From a virus (Duplodnaviria; Heunggongvirae; Uroviricota; Caudoviricetes): DNA of 43,652 nucleotides. Within the stretch, counting starts at the first letter, position 1, and each line of letters begins with the position of its first letter. Shown here one piece after another: positions 20,535 through 30,348 of the stretch. Below the pieces are notes generated by a model that saw only the letters and a list, made by a program, of their open reading frames with translations, was not told the DNA's origin and searched no databases. The stretch is from positions 1 to 43,652 of the IMG/VR virus record IMGVR_UViG_2617270938_000005. One strand, given 5' to 3'. Position numbers and translations under genes: made by a program.

Positions 20535-21314
20535 TTTTCTAAACTCAGGGATCTGCACTTCTGGCCAGCAATCGCAGTTCGGCAGGCATCCGGCGTGTCC
20601 GGTCATGCCGTCAAGAGTTGGCGGGTTATCCCAGCGCACAAATTTATCTTTCATTCCTCGGTGCGATGGCCTGGTACCAGCCCCCTTGATGCGCCACCAG
20701 TACCCCTCAGAGCCAACTGACAGCGCCCGAGCCTGAGTTAATGCGGTAGTTGCACGCCCTATCTCAGTGCGGGCTATCATCCGCGCCCTGCTGGCCGCCA
20801 CGTCACCGGATTGCATGATCATCTCGTAAAGCTGATCGGGGCGCTCACCATGGATGACAGCCTGTATCGCACGCTCCTGAATTTCTCTTATTCTTCCGGC
20901 CGCCTCTAATGGCAGAGACTTCATGTAGCGAATCTGCCGATAAACGATGTCTTGCGCCACCATGCCGACAGGAGTGTTACCAATCACGTCACGCAGACCA
21001 GCGGATATTTCTTCCGAAACAGAGCGCCACTGATTCCACTCTTCTCGCTCCACCTGGGCAAACATCTTTCGACCGACCATTTCTGCCCAGTCGTCGATCA
21101 CCCCGGAGTAGTCAACAAGCGATTTAGCAATGCTCTCAGCGCTTGCCTGTGAACCATCGTAGGAACCCGTGACGATTTGATTTATCTGGTCGACTATCGC
21201 CAGTAGGCTTTTCTGATACTGGACCTCCGATCGGCGGCGGAGGGCTGGTTTCAGATTCAGTCTCCTGCCACTGTTTCGCCGCATTCTGGATATCCTCATC
21301 GCTAATTGAAGCAC
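20532..21314 (-). CDS. head morphogenesis protein (Mu F / SPP1 gp7-like)
   Basis: C-terminal motif ...GHAGCLPNCDCWP typical of gp7/F family; 5' end overlaps portal so start uncertain. Confidence 0.6.
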   Translation of the reverse strand: MLQLAMRISRMRRNSGRRLNLKPALRRRSEVQYQKSLLAIVDQINQIVTGSYDGSQASAESIAKSLVDYSGVIDDWAEMVGRKMFAQVEREEWNQWRSVSEEISAGLRDVIGNTPVGMVAQDIVYRQIRYMKSLPLEAAGRIREIQERAIQAVIHGERPDQLYEMIMQSGDVAASRARMIARTEIGRATTALTQARALSVGSEGYWWRIKGAGTRPSHRGMKDKFVRWDNPPTLDGMTGHAGCLPNCDCWPEVQIPEFRK

Positions 21315-22587
21315 CGATGCCGGTAACGTCAGACAGCTCGCGCAAATCTGTCAGAGCAGCAGCCGGCGACATGCCCAAATCACGCACCGCGGTTGCAAGA
21401 GCGGTAGTTGTGTTGGTTGCCACCGTGGAGCGATCGGTGTCGCTCATCTGCCACAGGGGGTTAAACTCAAAGGTGAAATCTTGCGGCAACGGCTCGCCAA
21501 ACTCTGAGCGATGCAGTACATCGAATAACAGGCGGATGTGAGGCCGTAAATCTCGCTCCTGAAGCGTTCCAACGTCGTCGTAGTAGTTCGCGAGGTCAGC
21601 GTCACCGGTTGAAAAGCCCTTCGGTGACTGGCGGAACAGACGGACAAGAGGAATGCCAACAGCACCCGCGATATCCTCTTTAAACTCGCTAAGCAGGTCA
21701 GACAGGCCCGCGAAAGAATAGGAATGTGTTTCAAATTCGTCCTCCGAATCAAACAGGGACATACCCTCGTTCGTCTGGTACTGGCGAACTAACTCCATTT
21801 GTTTAACCAGCGCTTCGAATGGTTTACCGCCCATGGCGATAATTTCACGCAGCTTTTTAATCTTTGCCGTTCGCAGATGTGCCTTGTAGGCAAGCTGGGC
21901 GGCGCCGACGCTGGTGCTATCGTAGGAAGTCAGGCGATCGAAGATGCGCTCGACAATGGACATGCCCCACTCGTTTTCGGTGATTTTCTGCTGGTAGGGC
22001 AGTTTCACACCATCCATGCGAATCAGTCGGCTGTGGTGAACGGTCCACGCAGGAAGCCCCTGCGCCGTCGTCACGATGTCATAGAATTCTGGCTTGCCGA
22101 GATTGGGGCCAAGCGCCTTAATGCGCCTGGTGAGCTGTGGGTTAATCATCCAGCGGTCAAGTACAGCCAGACCTTTAAAGCTGCCCTTGCCAACCTTATC
22201 CAGCACCAGCGGCGTCAGCGGTGCCTGACCTTCAATCAGAATCAGCGCCCCCGCCCCGCCATACAGCCGGGACCATTTCAGCGTCTCGTTGATGCAATCC
22301 CAAAGCTGAAGCTCATCGAACCGTGATTCCAGAATGCCACGACGTTTCGGGTCAATCTCACTGGTGATCCGCACGCCCTTTTTGGTCATATCGTCCGCTT
22401 TCGAATCGACTGCAGCGCCAATAATCCAGGAGGAACGATAAGCCCACTCGATGAGCAGGCGGTTTCGGCTGGTATAGTTCGCCCTGTAGGTCGATGCGGC
22501 ATGCTGGTTAGGCTGCTGCATACCGACACGGGCAACAAAGTTATCGTACGAATCCGCCGTGGCGACTCGTCCTGTTTTCTTCGCCAT
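21136..22587 (-). CDS. portal protein
   Basis: 483-aa ORF downstream of terminase genes with acidic C-terminal tail. Confidence 0.6.
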   Translation of the reverse strand: MAKKTGRVATADSYDNFVARVGMQQPNQHAASTYRANYTSRNRLLIEWAYRSSWIIGAAVDSKADDMTKKGVRITSEIDPKRRGILESRFDELQLWDCINETLKWSRLYGGAGALILIEGQAPLTPLVLDKVGKGSFKGLAVLDRWMINPQLTRRIKALGPNLGKPEFYDIVTTAQGLPAWTVHHSRLIRMDGVKLPYQQKITENEWGMSIVERIFDRLTSYDSTSVGAAQLAYKAHLRTAKIKKLREIIAMGGKPFEALVKQMELVRQYQTNEGMSLFDSEDEFETHSYSFAGLSDLLSEFKEDIAGAVGIPLVRLFRQSPKGFSTGDADLANYYDDVGTLQERDLRPHIRLLFDVLHRSEFGEPLPQDFTFEFNPLWQMSDTDRSTVATNTTTALATAVRDLGMSPAAALTDLRELSDVTGIGASISDEDIQNAAKQWQETESETSPPPPIGGPVSEKPTGDSRPDKSNRHGFLRWFTGKR

Positions 22588-22824
22588 GGTGACTATTCTC
22601 CGGCTTTTTCGGTACTCGTGGCGGATAGGATAATTTGTTAAAAAACGACCCGATTTAACATAATGACTGTTACCCGCACCAGCCGGATCCCTCCCATGAT
22701 GAAATGTCCGCCAAAGGCTTATTTATCGGGGTTAAGTGGCTAAAAGCGCGTGAATAAAACATGCATAAACAGGGTCGAAAAATGAATAGCGTGAATTTTG
22801 CGTGAAACGGTTATTTCCAGGTAT

Positions 22825-24225
22825 TTAGCTGTTTCCCAGCGCTTCCCAGATATCCATTGCCGTATCGGTTGGAGCAAACGCCATGATGAACGCGTCGGCC
22901 ACGTTCGGCGATGGTACGTCACGCTTGGCGAGGTCTTTCTTGCTTTCCACCATCACGCGCCCGTTTTTGTCAAAATCACGGTGCGGCGTGGTAAGTTCCA
23001 GCTTGAGCTTTTCCAGCAGCGGACAGGATGAGTCAATACTAATCAACTCATCTACCGGGTACTGCTCGCCGTTCTTTACCGCGTTGAAGGTGTTACGGAA
23101 GCGATCCGCTACCAGCCACCAGGCTTGCGCTTTGAGGTTGGCGAAAAAATCTTTGTTCGGGATGCCAATGTATTCGTAGTCCGGCTCATTCACACCAGCG
23201 CCAGCGTTGAAACGCTGATAGTTGATGCGGGATGCGTTCATGTTTTCGCGCTTACGATCCTCATTAATTTCTGAGAATTTCGCGCCAGCAGATGCCCCAA
23301 CGCCGATTGAGTCGTAGACGATATCAGCATCGCGCTCCAGTGCTGCCTGATACGTACGCTGGCAGCTCTTCAGCAATTCGTCTTCTTTCGCCTTCCACTC
23401 ATCCGCCCAGTACACGACGGAGCCGTGGCGATAGACGTTAGCGCACCTATCGGCGCCGCTATCGGCAACGTCGAAGCCAATACGCTTACGCCCGCTTGGC
23501 TCGAAATTCAGGATTTTGTGGGCATCAACAGCCGCCTCAATCCATGACAGCTTGATAATGGCCGCATCATCATCCGACTCTGGCACGCCTTCGTAGACAT
23601 GCTTAAACCCATCCGGATCCCGGCGCTTAGCGGCTTCGATAACCTTCAGCATGGTGTCGGACAAAAAGGGGTTTTCATCGTAGTTGATTTTGCGTATCAG
23701 CGTATCTTCTGGCGGGTCGACCACAAAGTTACGCCAAACGAAATCAGTCACCAGTCCGGGGTTAAAGATAAACCAGCACTCTGAGCCCTCTTTACGGATG
23801 GTAGGCTCCAGTATCTTCCACTGGTATTCCGTCAGCGCGTGGGCCTCTTCAAGCCACAGAACGTCGATACCTTCCAGAGACTTAATCTCTTCAATGTTGC
23901 GCCAGAGCCCATAAAACACGAATTCAGACCCGGTCACCCGGTTAATGATTTTGTTGTTCAGAATGCGGAAACGATGCCGCAGGCCAAAGCGGTCAATCTG
24001 AATTTTGAGCAGGGTATACACCGACTCTTCAATTTTGTTCTGGATCTGACGTGCACAGCAAAAGCGCAGGCTGTATTTATTCGACAGAAATATGGCGATG
24101 CCAGCGGCATCCCATGATTTTGACGATGACCGACCACCATAAAGCACTTTGTTACGCGCCTGCGTCGTCCAGAAGCTACGCAGGACCGGATTCAGCGTCG
24201 GTTTGGATGTCAGAGTAGAAGTCAT
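22825..24225 (-). CDS. terminase large subunit
   Basis: ATPase motifs (LYGGRSSSKSWDAAG Walker A-like) and nuclease C-domain; start uncertain (24225 to 24333). Confidence 0.8.
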   Translation of the reverse strand: MTSTLTSKPTLNPVLRSFWTTQARNKVLYGGRSSSKSWDAAGIAIFLSNKYSLRFCCARQIQNKIEESVYTLLKIQIDRFGLRHRFRILNNKIINRVTGSEFVFYGLWRNIEEIKSLEGIDVLWLEEAHALTEYQWKILEPTIRKEGSECWFIFNPGLVTDFVWRNFVVDPPEDTLIRKINYDENPFLSDTMLKVIEAAKRRDPDGFKHVYEGVPESDDDAAIIKLSWIEAAVDAHKILNFEPSGRKRIGFDVADSGADRCANVYRHGSVVYWADEWKAKEDELLKSCQRTYQAALERDADIVYDSIGVGASAGAKFSEINEDRKRENMNASRINYQRFNAGAGVNEPDYEYIGIPNKDFFANLKAQAWWLVADRFRNTFNAVKNGEQYPVDELISIDSSCPLLEKLKLELTTPHRDFDKNGRVMVESKKDLAKRDVPSPNVADAFIMAFAPTDTAMDIWEALGNS

Positions 24226-24952
24226 TGAGGTCACGCTCTCCGTTGCCATCATCAATACCTGCATCACGGCGAAGACGATCGGCCTCCAGCGACACCTTGT
24301 CAGTAGCAGCCTTGCGATAGTCCGTATCAGCAAATATTTTGCCTACCGTCGCAAGCGTGCCGACGATGGACTCAATACGAACGGTATTGCGCATCATCGC
24401 CTTCTCGGCGGCGCTGATATTTTCCATCAACACCTTTCTTTCCTGGTCCCCTTCAGCATCTTCCAGCTTGGTCAACCACCGGCCAATATTCTCTGCGGCG
24501 ACAAGGTTGTTAGCCCGAAGGCGAAATAATTCGTCTTCGAGTGTCAACGCTTTCGCGTCTTCAATGACCTCATCTTTGAGCAGAAGGCGCCGGGCGTAAC
24601 CACCATGCTTTAACGCCTGCTGGTTGCCGGGTTGGAATGGGTTGGTCGGCGGATCGGTACGCACCCCGCGTATCGGTTTCGTATCTGGTGGAGGTTCGGC
24701 TTTTGCTTGCGTACTTTTTTGCGTACGGCCAGCGCTGGCAGGCTTTTCGCTGGTACGCACCTTGCTCTTTTGCGTACCACTTTGCGTACCATTTTTGCGT
24801 ACCTGCGTACCGCTATTGCGTACCCAGTCAAATTTTTTAGCCCTCTTCCTGATAGCCCCTTCAGTAACGCCGTATTTATCGCCTATATCACGGAGACTAA
24901 GGACTCCGGCCCGGTATGCCGATTCGATGGCCTCCCAGTCCGGTTTTGCCAT
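24176..24952 (-). CDS. terminase small subunit
   Basis: N-terminal HTH (LSLRDIGDKYGVTEGAIRKRAKKF) and position upstream of large terminase. Confidence 0.6.
   Translation of the reverse strand: MAKPDWEAIESAYRAGVLSLRDIGDKYGVTEGAIRKRAKKFDWVRNSGTQVRKNGTQSGTQKSKVRTSEKPASAGRTQKSTQAKAEPPPDTKPIRGVRTDPPTNPFQPGNQQALKHGGYARRLLLKDEVIEDAKALTLEDELFRLRANNLVAAENIGRWLTKLEDAEGDQERKVLMENISAAEKAMMRNTVRIESIVGTLATVGKIFADTDYRKAATDKVSLEADRLRRDAGIDDGNGERDLNDFYSDIQTDAESGPA
24708..24823. repeat. array of 7 direct TGCGTAC(C) repeats plus one inverted copy inside the small-terminase gene
   Basis: Copies at 24708, 24720, 24771, 24783, 24796, 24804, 24817 and inverted at 24753; they encode GTQ tripeptides. Confidence 0.7.
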
Positions 24953-25009
24953 AATTTTGTCCTCGCCTTGACATTATCGAGCCACCTCTGGAAGTGGCTC
25001 TGTAATACC

Positions 25010-25477
25010 TTACTTCAGGCATTGCGTGGTGATGTATTCCTGCAGCGCCCTCAATGCTGTTTGGTCGCTGACGATTCCGGACCGGATACCGAGAACGTTT
25101 CGTCCAGCAACTGCAGAGAGTTCGACGGTGGCATCATTGCCCATGCTGGCGGCGCCGGTGGTTTGGGTTGCGGCTGACACTGGACACTTGCCTTTGACGA
25201 GCACCCGACCACCATTATCAAGCTTGCGCTGCAGAGCATCATTTTCAGCTTTTGCATCGGCTAACTCCTTCGTGTATTTAGCATCGAGTGCATCAGCATC
25301 ACGCTGGCGCTGCTGCATGTCAGTAATGGTGGCGGTCGCCTGCTTCAGCTCACTGACTTTTTTATCGCGCTGTTCTTTGTAGGCGATGGCGTTATCACGG
25401 TAATGATTAACAGCCCATGACAGGCAAACGATGATGCAGATAACCAGAGCTGAGATAATCGCGGTTACTCTGCTCAT
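25010..25477 (-). CDS. Rz: i-spanin Rz
   Basis: N-terminal TM segment plus coiled-coil periplasmic domain; lambda Rz-like. Confidence 0.85.
   Translation of the reverse strand: MSRVTAIISALVICIIVCLSWAVNHYRDNAIAYKEQRDKKVSELKQATATITDMQQRQRDADALDAKYTKELADAKAENDALQRKLDNGGRVLVKGKCPVSAATQTTGAASMGNDATVELSAVAGRNVLGIRSGIVSDQTALRALQEYITTQCLK
25051..25257 (-). CDS. Rz1: o-spanin Rz1 (embedded in Rz)
   Basis: MQKLKMML...VVGCSS lipobox, proline-rich, embedded in alternate frame of Rz. Confidence 0.7.
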   Translation of the reverse strand: MQKLKMMLCSASLIMVVGCSSKASVQCQPQPKPPAPPAWAMMPPSNSLQLLDETFSVSGPESSATKQH

Positions 25478-25950
25478 ACCTCAATCTCTCTGACCGTTCC
25501 GCCAGCCTCTTTGAATTTTGCAATCAGGCTGTCAGCCTTATGCTCGAACTGACCATAACCAGCGCCCGGCAGTGAAGCCCAGATATTGCTGCAACGGTCG
25601 ATAGCCTGACGAATATCACCGCGGTCAATCATCGGTAAAGCGCCACGCTCTTTAATCTGTTGCAGTGCCACAGCGTCCTGGCTTTTCGGAGAGAAGTCTT
25701 TCAGGCCAAGCTGCTTGCGGTAGGCATCCCACCAACGGGAAAGAAGCTGGTAGCGTCCGGCGGCTGTTGATTTGAGTTTGGGGTTTAGCGTGACGAGTTT
25801 GCGAGGGTGATCGGAGTAATCAGTGAATAGCTCTCCGCCAACAATGACGTCATAACCATGATTTCTGGTTTTCTGCCGTCCGTTATCAGTTCCCTCTGAC
25901 CACGCCAGCATATCGAGGAACGCCTTACGTTGATTATTGATTTCCACCAT
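25474..25950 (-). CDS. R: endolysin R (lytic transglycosylase)
   Basis: Near-identical to remembered lambda R sequence. Confidence 0.9.
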   Translation of the reverse strand: MVEINNQRKAFLDMLAWSEGTDNGRQKTRNHGYDVIVGGELFTDYSDHPRKLVTLNPKLKSTAAGRYQLLSRWWDAYRKQLGLKDFSPKSQDAVALQQIKERGALPMIDRGDIRQAIDRCSNIWASLPGAGYGQFEHKADSLIAKFKEAGGTVREIEV

Positions 25951-26257
25951 CTTCTATTCCGGCTTTTTTAGCAGCGAAGCGTTTGATAAGCGAACCAATC
26001 GAGTCAGTACCGATGTAGCCGATGAACACGCTCGTTATATAAGCGAGATTGCTACTTAGTCCGGCGAAGTCGAGAAGGTCACGAATGAACCAGGCGATAA
26101 TGGCGCACATCGTTGCGTCGATTACTGTTTTTGTAAACGCACCGCCATTATATCTGCCGCGAAGGTACGCCATTGCAAACGCAAGGATTGCCCCGATGCC
26201 TTGTTCCTTTGCCGCGAGAATGGCGGCTAACAGGTCATGTTTTTCTGGCATCTTCAT
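25934..26257 (-). CDS. S: holin S
   Basis: [20 protein letters not shown]... dual-start motif; lambda S-like. Confidence 0.9.
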   Translation of the reverse strand: MKMPEKHDLLAAILAAKEQGIGAILAFAMAYLRGRYNGGAFTKTVIDATMCAIIAWFIRDLLDFAGLSSNLAYITSVFIGYIGTDSIGSLIKRFAAKKAGIEDGGNQ

Positions 26258-26372
26258 GTCTTAGCCCCAATAAGGGGATTTGCTCTATTTATTTAGGAAT
26301 AAGGTCGATTACTGATAGAACAAATCCAGGCTACTGTGTTTAGTAATCAGATTTGTTCGTGACCGATATGCA

Positions 26373-26402
26373 CGGGCAAAACGGCAGGAGGTTGTTAGCG
26401 CG
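26373..26402 (-). terminator. GC-rich hairpin terminator downstream of tRNAs
   Basis: 10-bp stem GGCAGGAGGT/ACCTCCTGCC followed on minus strand by GTTTTG. Confidence 0.5.
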
Positions 26403-26499
26403 ACCTCCTGCCACCCGCTTTCACGAAGATCATGTGTAGAAGGCCGCAGCGTAACTATCACTGATGAATTCAGGATAGCCAGTGGCTACGGCTCAGTTA

Positions 26500-26575
26500 T
26501 GGTGCTGTTTAACGGACTTGAACCGCTACCCATTCGCTTACAAGGCGACCGCTCTACCATTGGAGCTAAAACAGC
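26500..26575 (-). tRNA. tRNA, anticodon UGU (Thr)
   Basis: Manual cloverleaf: acceptor GCTGTTT/AAACAGC, D-stem GCTC/GAGC with GG, anticodon loop CTTGTAA, T-loop TTCAAGT, encoded ACCA 3' end. Confidence 0.65.
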
Positions 26576-26580
26576 ATGTT

Positions 26581-26655
26581 TGGCGGGACAGCGTGGACTC
26601 GAACCACGATAAGAAGGTTAACAGCCTTCCGTAATCACCTTTATACGACTGACCC
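26581..26655 (-). tRNA. tRNA-like, anticodon GUU (Asn), with stem mismatches
   Basis: Anticodon arm GAAGG-CTGTTAA-CCTTC, T-arm CGTGG-TTCGAGT-CCACG, CCA end; one T-T mismatch each in acceptor and D stems. Confidence 0.5.
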
Positions 26656-26659
26656 AAAT

Positions 26660-26700
26660 AAAAAAAGCCACCGTTGCAACTTAAGAGTCACTAACGGCAG
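26660..26700 (-). terminator. candidate tR'-like hairpin plus T7 run downstream of the late promoter
   Basis: Minus strand GCCGTT...AACGGTGGC followed by TTTTTTTATTT. Confidence 0.35.
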
Positions 26701-26711
26701 CTTACCTTCTA

Positions 26712-26741
26712 ATTATGGCTAAATGGATAATTGCATGTCAA
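26712..26741 (-). promoter_or_regulatory. late promoter pR'-like
   Basis: Minus strand TTGACA - 18 nt - CATAAT overlapping the 3' end of Q. Confidence 0.55.
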
Positions 26742-27237
26742 GGCCTTTAACAGCAACATGCTTAACTTTCTCAACACGTTTACGCATTTTGAAAGCATTT
26801 TGCATTGGCTGGTACAAAACAAATAACGACGCTTTCAGGATGTCGTCAATTTCGTTTCTACAGGTTGCCAGTGAAGGTTTTCTCCATCCCTCGCCACCAC
26901 GTCCACACATCTTGCGTGGCTTTGCAGTCGCGTGATAGTAGGATGCAATTGCTCGCTTAGATGAACCATGAGCGTAGTAGCTGAGGAGGATGCCAAAGGC
27001 TTTCTTGTCAATGTACATGACGGAATCGACGACCTGAGAAATCAACATTCCATCATCATCATTACACATTGGCCTTGTCATAACTCTTCCCGGCTCTACG
27101 CTCTCCATGAACTTCGCTATTACGCTGCTCATGCGCTTTTCCAGGCGGCCTGAATAAACCCATGCGCCCCACAGTTCAAGCCATCCATTCAGCCAATCGT
27201 GCTGTTCTTTGGTGAGGTTTAGTTCTCTTATACCCAT
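26719..27237 (-). CDS. Q: antitermination protein Q (phage 21/82-type family)
   Basis: Position upstream of lysis genes; [10 protein letters not shown] motif resembles the WGAW motif of Q82-type antiterminators. Confidence 0.65.
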   Translation of the reverse strand: MGIRELNLTKEQHDWLNGWLELWGAWVYSGRLEKRMSSVIAKFMESVEPGRVMTRPMCNDDDGMLISQVVDSVMYIDKKAFGILLSYYAHGSSKRAIASYYHATAKPRKMCGRGGEGWRKPSLATCRNEIDDILKASLFVLYQPMQNAFKMRKRVEKVKHVAVKGLDMQLSI

Positions 27238-27899
27238 GCGCCTTCTCCCTGTACCTGAATCAATGTGAGGTTTCCGCAGAACACTGCGCCGGTATCGATA
27301 TACATCTGGTTGGCAAATTTGAGTGGTTTCACTGCTGGCGTATGACCAAAGATGAACGTGTCCGCGCCTTTGATTTCTTTCACGATCCCGTCTTGTGAGT
27401 TGCCGATTCGTTCGCGGTTCCAGATTACCTGCTGAGGATCAACTGGCTTTCCAAATTCGTATTCGTTACAAGGATAATCGGCGTGGCAGATGACATATTT
27501 TTTACCTTTGCTCACCAGTTCGATGATTAACGGAAGTTCTTCTGCTTTATGGGCAAGAGCTTTAGCCAGAATCTCTTTGTCGTAATCGAGATTAAAGAAC
27601 CAGCCACCGCCATTAAGCAGCCAGTGATTAACGTTTCCACGCTCTGATAAGCCATCAATCATCATTTGCTCATGGTTTCCACGTACAGCTCTGAACCAGG
27701 GGAATGTGATTAATTCCAGGCATTCAACGTTCTCTGCACCACGATCAACCAAATCGCCCACCGAGATAAGCAGGTCTTTTTTGTTGTCGAATCCAATCGT
27801 ATCCAGTTTGTTCATCAGGTTCGTGTAGCATCCGTGCAGATCGCCAACTACCCAAATATTTCGGTATTTGCTGCCATCAATTCTTTCGTAGATATTCAT
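27228..27899 (-). CDS. ninI: Ser/Thr protein phosphatase (lambda NinI-like)
   Basis: Metallophosphatase motifs GDLHG, GDLVDRG, GNHE. Confidence 0.85.
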   Translation of the reverse strand: MNIYERIDGSKYRNIWVVGDLHGCYTNLMNKLDTIGFDNKKDLLISVGDLVDRGAENVECLELITFPWFRAVRGNHEQMMIDGLSERGNVNHWLLNGGGWFFNLDYDKEILAKALAHKAEELPLIIELVSKGKKYVICHADYPCNEYEFGKPVDPQQVIWNRERIGNSQDGIVKEIKGADTFIFGHTPAVKPLKFANQMYIDTGAVFCGNLTLIQVQGEGAWV

Positions 27900-28507
27900 G
27901 CAGCCTCACTTCTGCTGTTTCGCAGTTTTTTAAGTTTCTGTTGATACTCCGCCTTGATGGTCCTGCACTCTTCGACAGTCCAGCGATGGCGGTTATGGTT
28001 TGATTCGATTTCGTCTACTGCTTCCTGCCCGATGCGGTTAATCAGTTCGACGCGATACGGAACGAGATTTCCGCTTTTGTGCTGGTTGCACACCACGCAT
28101 TGCTTGTGAATATTGCGTTCATCAAATCGGAGTTGAGGCGCCGCAGCAGTTGTCCGGTAATGCCCGGCATCCCACTGAGCAGACGTGAGCGTTCCGCACG
28201 AGATACATGGTAAGTCGCGGTCTCTTTCTCTGATGAAGGCGTTTACGGCTTGTTGGGCTTGTTTAATCCAGTAACTGCGGGGCTTTAAGGCGAGTTTTCG
28301 AATCTTAAGTTTATCTTTCTGTTTCTGATCCTCTCGTCGTCGTTTCTTCTCTGCTGCTTTTTCCGCTTTTTCGCGTTCTTTACTTCGTCGTTCGAGTGCT
28401 ATCTTGGTTCCACACTCTGGAGAGCACCACCACTGATTAGCGAATGCAGGGTGAAACCATTCCCGACATTCATCGTTTTTACATCGTCTTCGCGCTGGTT
28501 TAGCCAT
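27896..28507 (-). CDS. ninG: NinG/Rap recombination protein
   Basis: Near-identical to remembered lambda NinG. Confidence 0.85.
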   Translation of the reverse strand: MAKPARRRCKNDECREWFHPAFANQWWCSPECGTKIALERRSKEREKAEKAAEKKRRREDQKQKDKLKIRKLALKPRSYWIKQAQQAVNAFIRERDRDLPCISCGTLTSAQWDAGHYRTTAAAPQLRFDERNIHKQCVVCNQHKSGNLVPYRVELINRIGQEAVDEIESNHNRHRWTVEECRTIKAEYQQKLKKLRNSRSEAA

Positions 28508-28670
28508 CGTCTTCTTCCTCGTACATTGAGCTATTCGGATCGCTCATCAGTTCTGCGCAGCAGTGCTCACACACGTGAACTTCCAGCACATGCAGCTTCT
28601 GACCGCAGTTAGCGCACGTTAAAGCTCGCTCGACACTTCCTTGTTCGTAACTTCGATTTTGGTCAATCAC
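28500..28670 (-). CDS. ninF: NinF-like small zinc-finger protein
   Basis: GTG-start 56-aa [13 protein letters not shown]...CANCGQ...CEHCC, overlaps ninG start; not in ORF track (under 60 aa). Confidence 0.6.
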   Translation of the reverse strand: MIDQNRSYEQGSVERALTCANCGQKLHVLEVHVCEHCCAELMSDPNSSMYEEEDDG

Positions 28671-28849
28671 CTTGTTTTCCTCGCACGTTCTCTAAGCCAC
28701 CGGATATCCCACAGGTGAGCCGTGTAGTTGAAGGTTTTTACGTCAGATTCTTTTGGGATTGGCTTGCGTTTATTTCTGGAGCGTTTCGTTGGAAGGTATT
28801 TGCAGTTTTCGCAGATGATGTCGGTGAAACTTCGTCGCTGTCGCCTCAT
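28667..28849 (-). CDS. ninE: NinE-like protein
   Basis: [23 protein letters not shown]...; ATGA overlap with ninB stop. Confidence 0.6.
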   Translation of the reverse strand: MRRQRRSFTDIICENCKYLPTKRSRNKRKPIPKESDVKTFNYTAHLWDIRWLRERARKTR

Positions 28850-29286
28850 GCCGCCCTGTCTCCCCATCTTGCTTTCCACTCCAGAGCCAGTCGCGCTTCG
28901 TCTGACCACTTAACGCCACGTTCTGTACCGAATGCCTGTATAAGCTCTAATAGCTCCGCAAATTCGCTTACTCGCATCCTGCTGGTTGACTGGCCTATTA
29001 CCACAAAGCCATTCCCGGCAAGGTTAGGAACAACGTCCTGCTGCTTTAATGCTGCGGTAAACACACACTTCCAGCTTTCTGCATCCAGCCAGCGACCATG
29101 CCATTCAACCTGACGAGAGACGTCACCTAAGCAGGCCCATAGCTTCCTGTTTTGGTCTAAGCTGCGGTTGCGTTCCTGAATGGTTACTACGATTGGTTTG
29201 GTTGGGTCTGGAAGGATTTGCTGTACTGCGTGAATAGCGTTTTGCTGATGTGCTGGAGATCGAATTTCAAAGGTTAGTTTTTTCAT
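28846..29286 (-). CDS. ninB: NinB (Orf) recombination mediator
   Basis: [31 protein letters not shown]... near-identical to lambda NinB. Confidence 0.9.
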   Translation of the reverse strand: MKKLTFEIRSPAHQQNAIHAVQQILPDPTKPIVVTIQERNRSLDQNRKLWACLGDVSRQVEWHGRWLDAESWKCVFTAALKQQDVVPNLAGNGFVVIGQSTSRMRVSEFAELLELIQAFGTERGVKWSDEARLALEWKARWGDRAA

Positions 29287-29359
29287 GACTTCCCTCTCCC
29301 CCAAATAAAAAGGCCTGCGATTACCAGCAGGCCTGTTATTAGCTCAGTAATGTAGATGG

Positions 29360-29650
29360 TCATCTTTTAACTCCATATACCGCCAATACCCGTTTCATCG
29401 CGGCACTCTGGCGACACTCCTTAAAAACCAGGTTCGTGCTCATCTTTCCTTCCCGTTCTTCCCTGGTAGCAAACCGGTAATACACCGTTCGCCAGACCTT
29501 ACCTTCGATAACCAGAAGACCTGCCCGTGCCATTTTAGCCGCGGCCTGATTTATGCTGGTTACTGTTGCGCCTGTTAGCGCGGCAACGTCCGGCGCACAG
29601 AAGCTATTATGCGTCCCCAGGTAATGAATAATTGCCTCTTTGCCCGTCAT
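29360..29650 (-). CDS. ren: Ren protein
   Basis: Near-identical to lambda Ren. Confidence 0.85.
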   Translation of the reverse strand: MTGKEAIIHYLGTHNSFCAPDVAALTGATVTSINQAAAKMARAGLLVIEGKVWRTVYYRFATREEREGKMSTNLVFKECRQSAAMKRVLAVYGVKR

Positions 29651-30348
29651 ACACTTGCTCCTTTCAGTCCGAACTTAGCTTTGATTTCTGCGATCTTCGC
29701 CAGAGCCTGTGCACGATTTAGAGGTCTACCGCCCATGACAGGAAGTTGTTTTACTGGTTCAGGGATCGCCTCACCACGGTTAATTCTCGCAGTCATATGG
29801 ACAAGCTCATCTGCGGCCTTACGGCGTAATTCCGCATCAGTAAGCGCATTGGCCCGCATGTTCTGATACAGGTTGGTAACCAGCCAGTAGTGCGCGTTTG
29901 ATTTCCACGGATAAGACTCCGCATCCGGATACAGGCCTCGCTTCCGGCAATACTCGTAAACCATATCAACCAGCTCGTTGACGTTTGGCAGTCCGGCGAT
30001 AACGGATGCTTCTTCCCGGCACCATGCAACAAACTGCCCGGGTGATGGCAGAAATGGTCGATTCTGCCGACGGGCTACGCGCATTCCTGCGTTAACCTGT
30101 TCCATTGTGGTGATCCCGTTTTCCCGGAAAGCCAGAACCCACTGGCGGCGGATTTCGTTCAGTTCGTTCTGGTCACGGTTAGCCAGGCTCGCCGGGAAAG
30201 TTGCCAGTAACTGGCTGAACACACCGTTGATGATCTGCGCTACCTGCTGTACCTGCGGCTTTTCGTCGTACTGTTCCGGCATGTTGTTGGCGATCCGACG
30301 CATCTGCTCACGGTCAAAGTTAACCATCTGTGCGGCGATGTTTTTCAT
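29647..30348 (-). CDS. P: replication protein P (DnaB loader)
   Basis: Near-identical to lambda P. Confidence 0.9.
   Translation of the reverse strand: MKNIAAQMVNFDREQMRRIANNMPEQYDEKPQVQQVAQIINGVFSQLLATFPASLANRDQNELNEIRRQWVLAFRENGITTMEQVNAGMRVARRQNRPFLPSPGQFVAWCREEASVIAGLPNVNELVDMVYEYCRKRGLYPDAESYPWKSNAHYWLVTNLYQNMRANALTDAELRRKAADELVHMTARINRGEAIPEPVKQLPVMGGRPLNRAQALAKIAEIKAKFGLKGASV

Noticed and set aside
24708-24823. TGCGTAC repeat array as a possible CRISPR or minisatellite
   Set aside because: The unit is only 7 bp with irregular 5-40 bp spacing inside a coding sequence; it is not a CRISPR architecture.
24979-25000. Hairpin GAGCCAC-CTCTGGAA-GTGGCTC between Rz and the small-terminase gene as a terminator
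   Set aside because: No T-run follows on either strand; it may be a regulatory or packaging-related structure, but the evidence is insufficient to annotate.
26403-26499. Possible third tRNA between the two tRNA genes and the downstream terminator
   Set aside because: I could not fold a cloverleaf with acceptor, anticodon and T arms; only a simple palindrome (TAGCCA/TGGCTA) is present.
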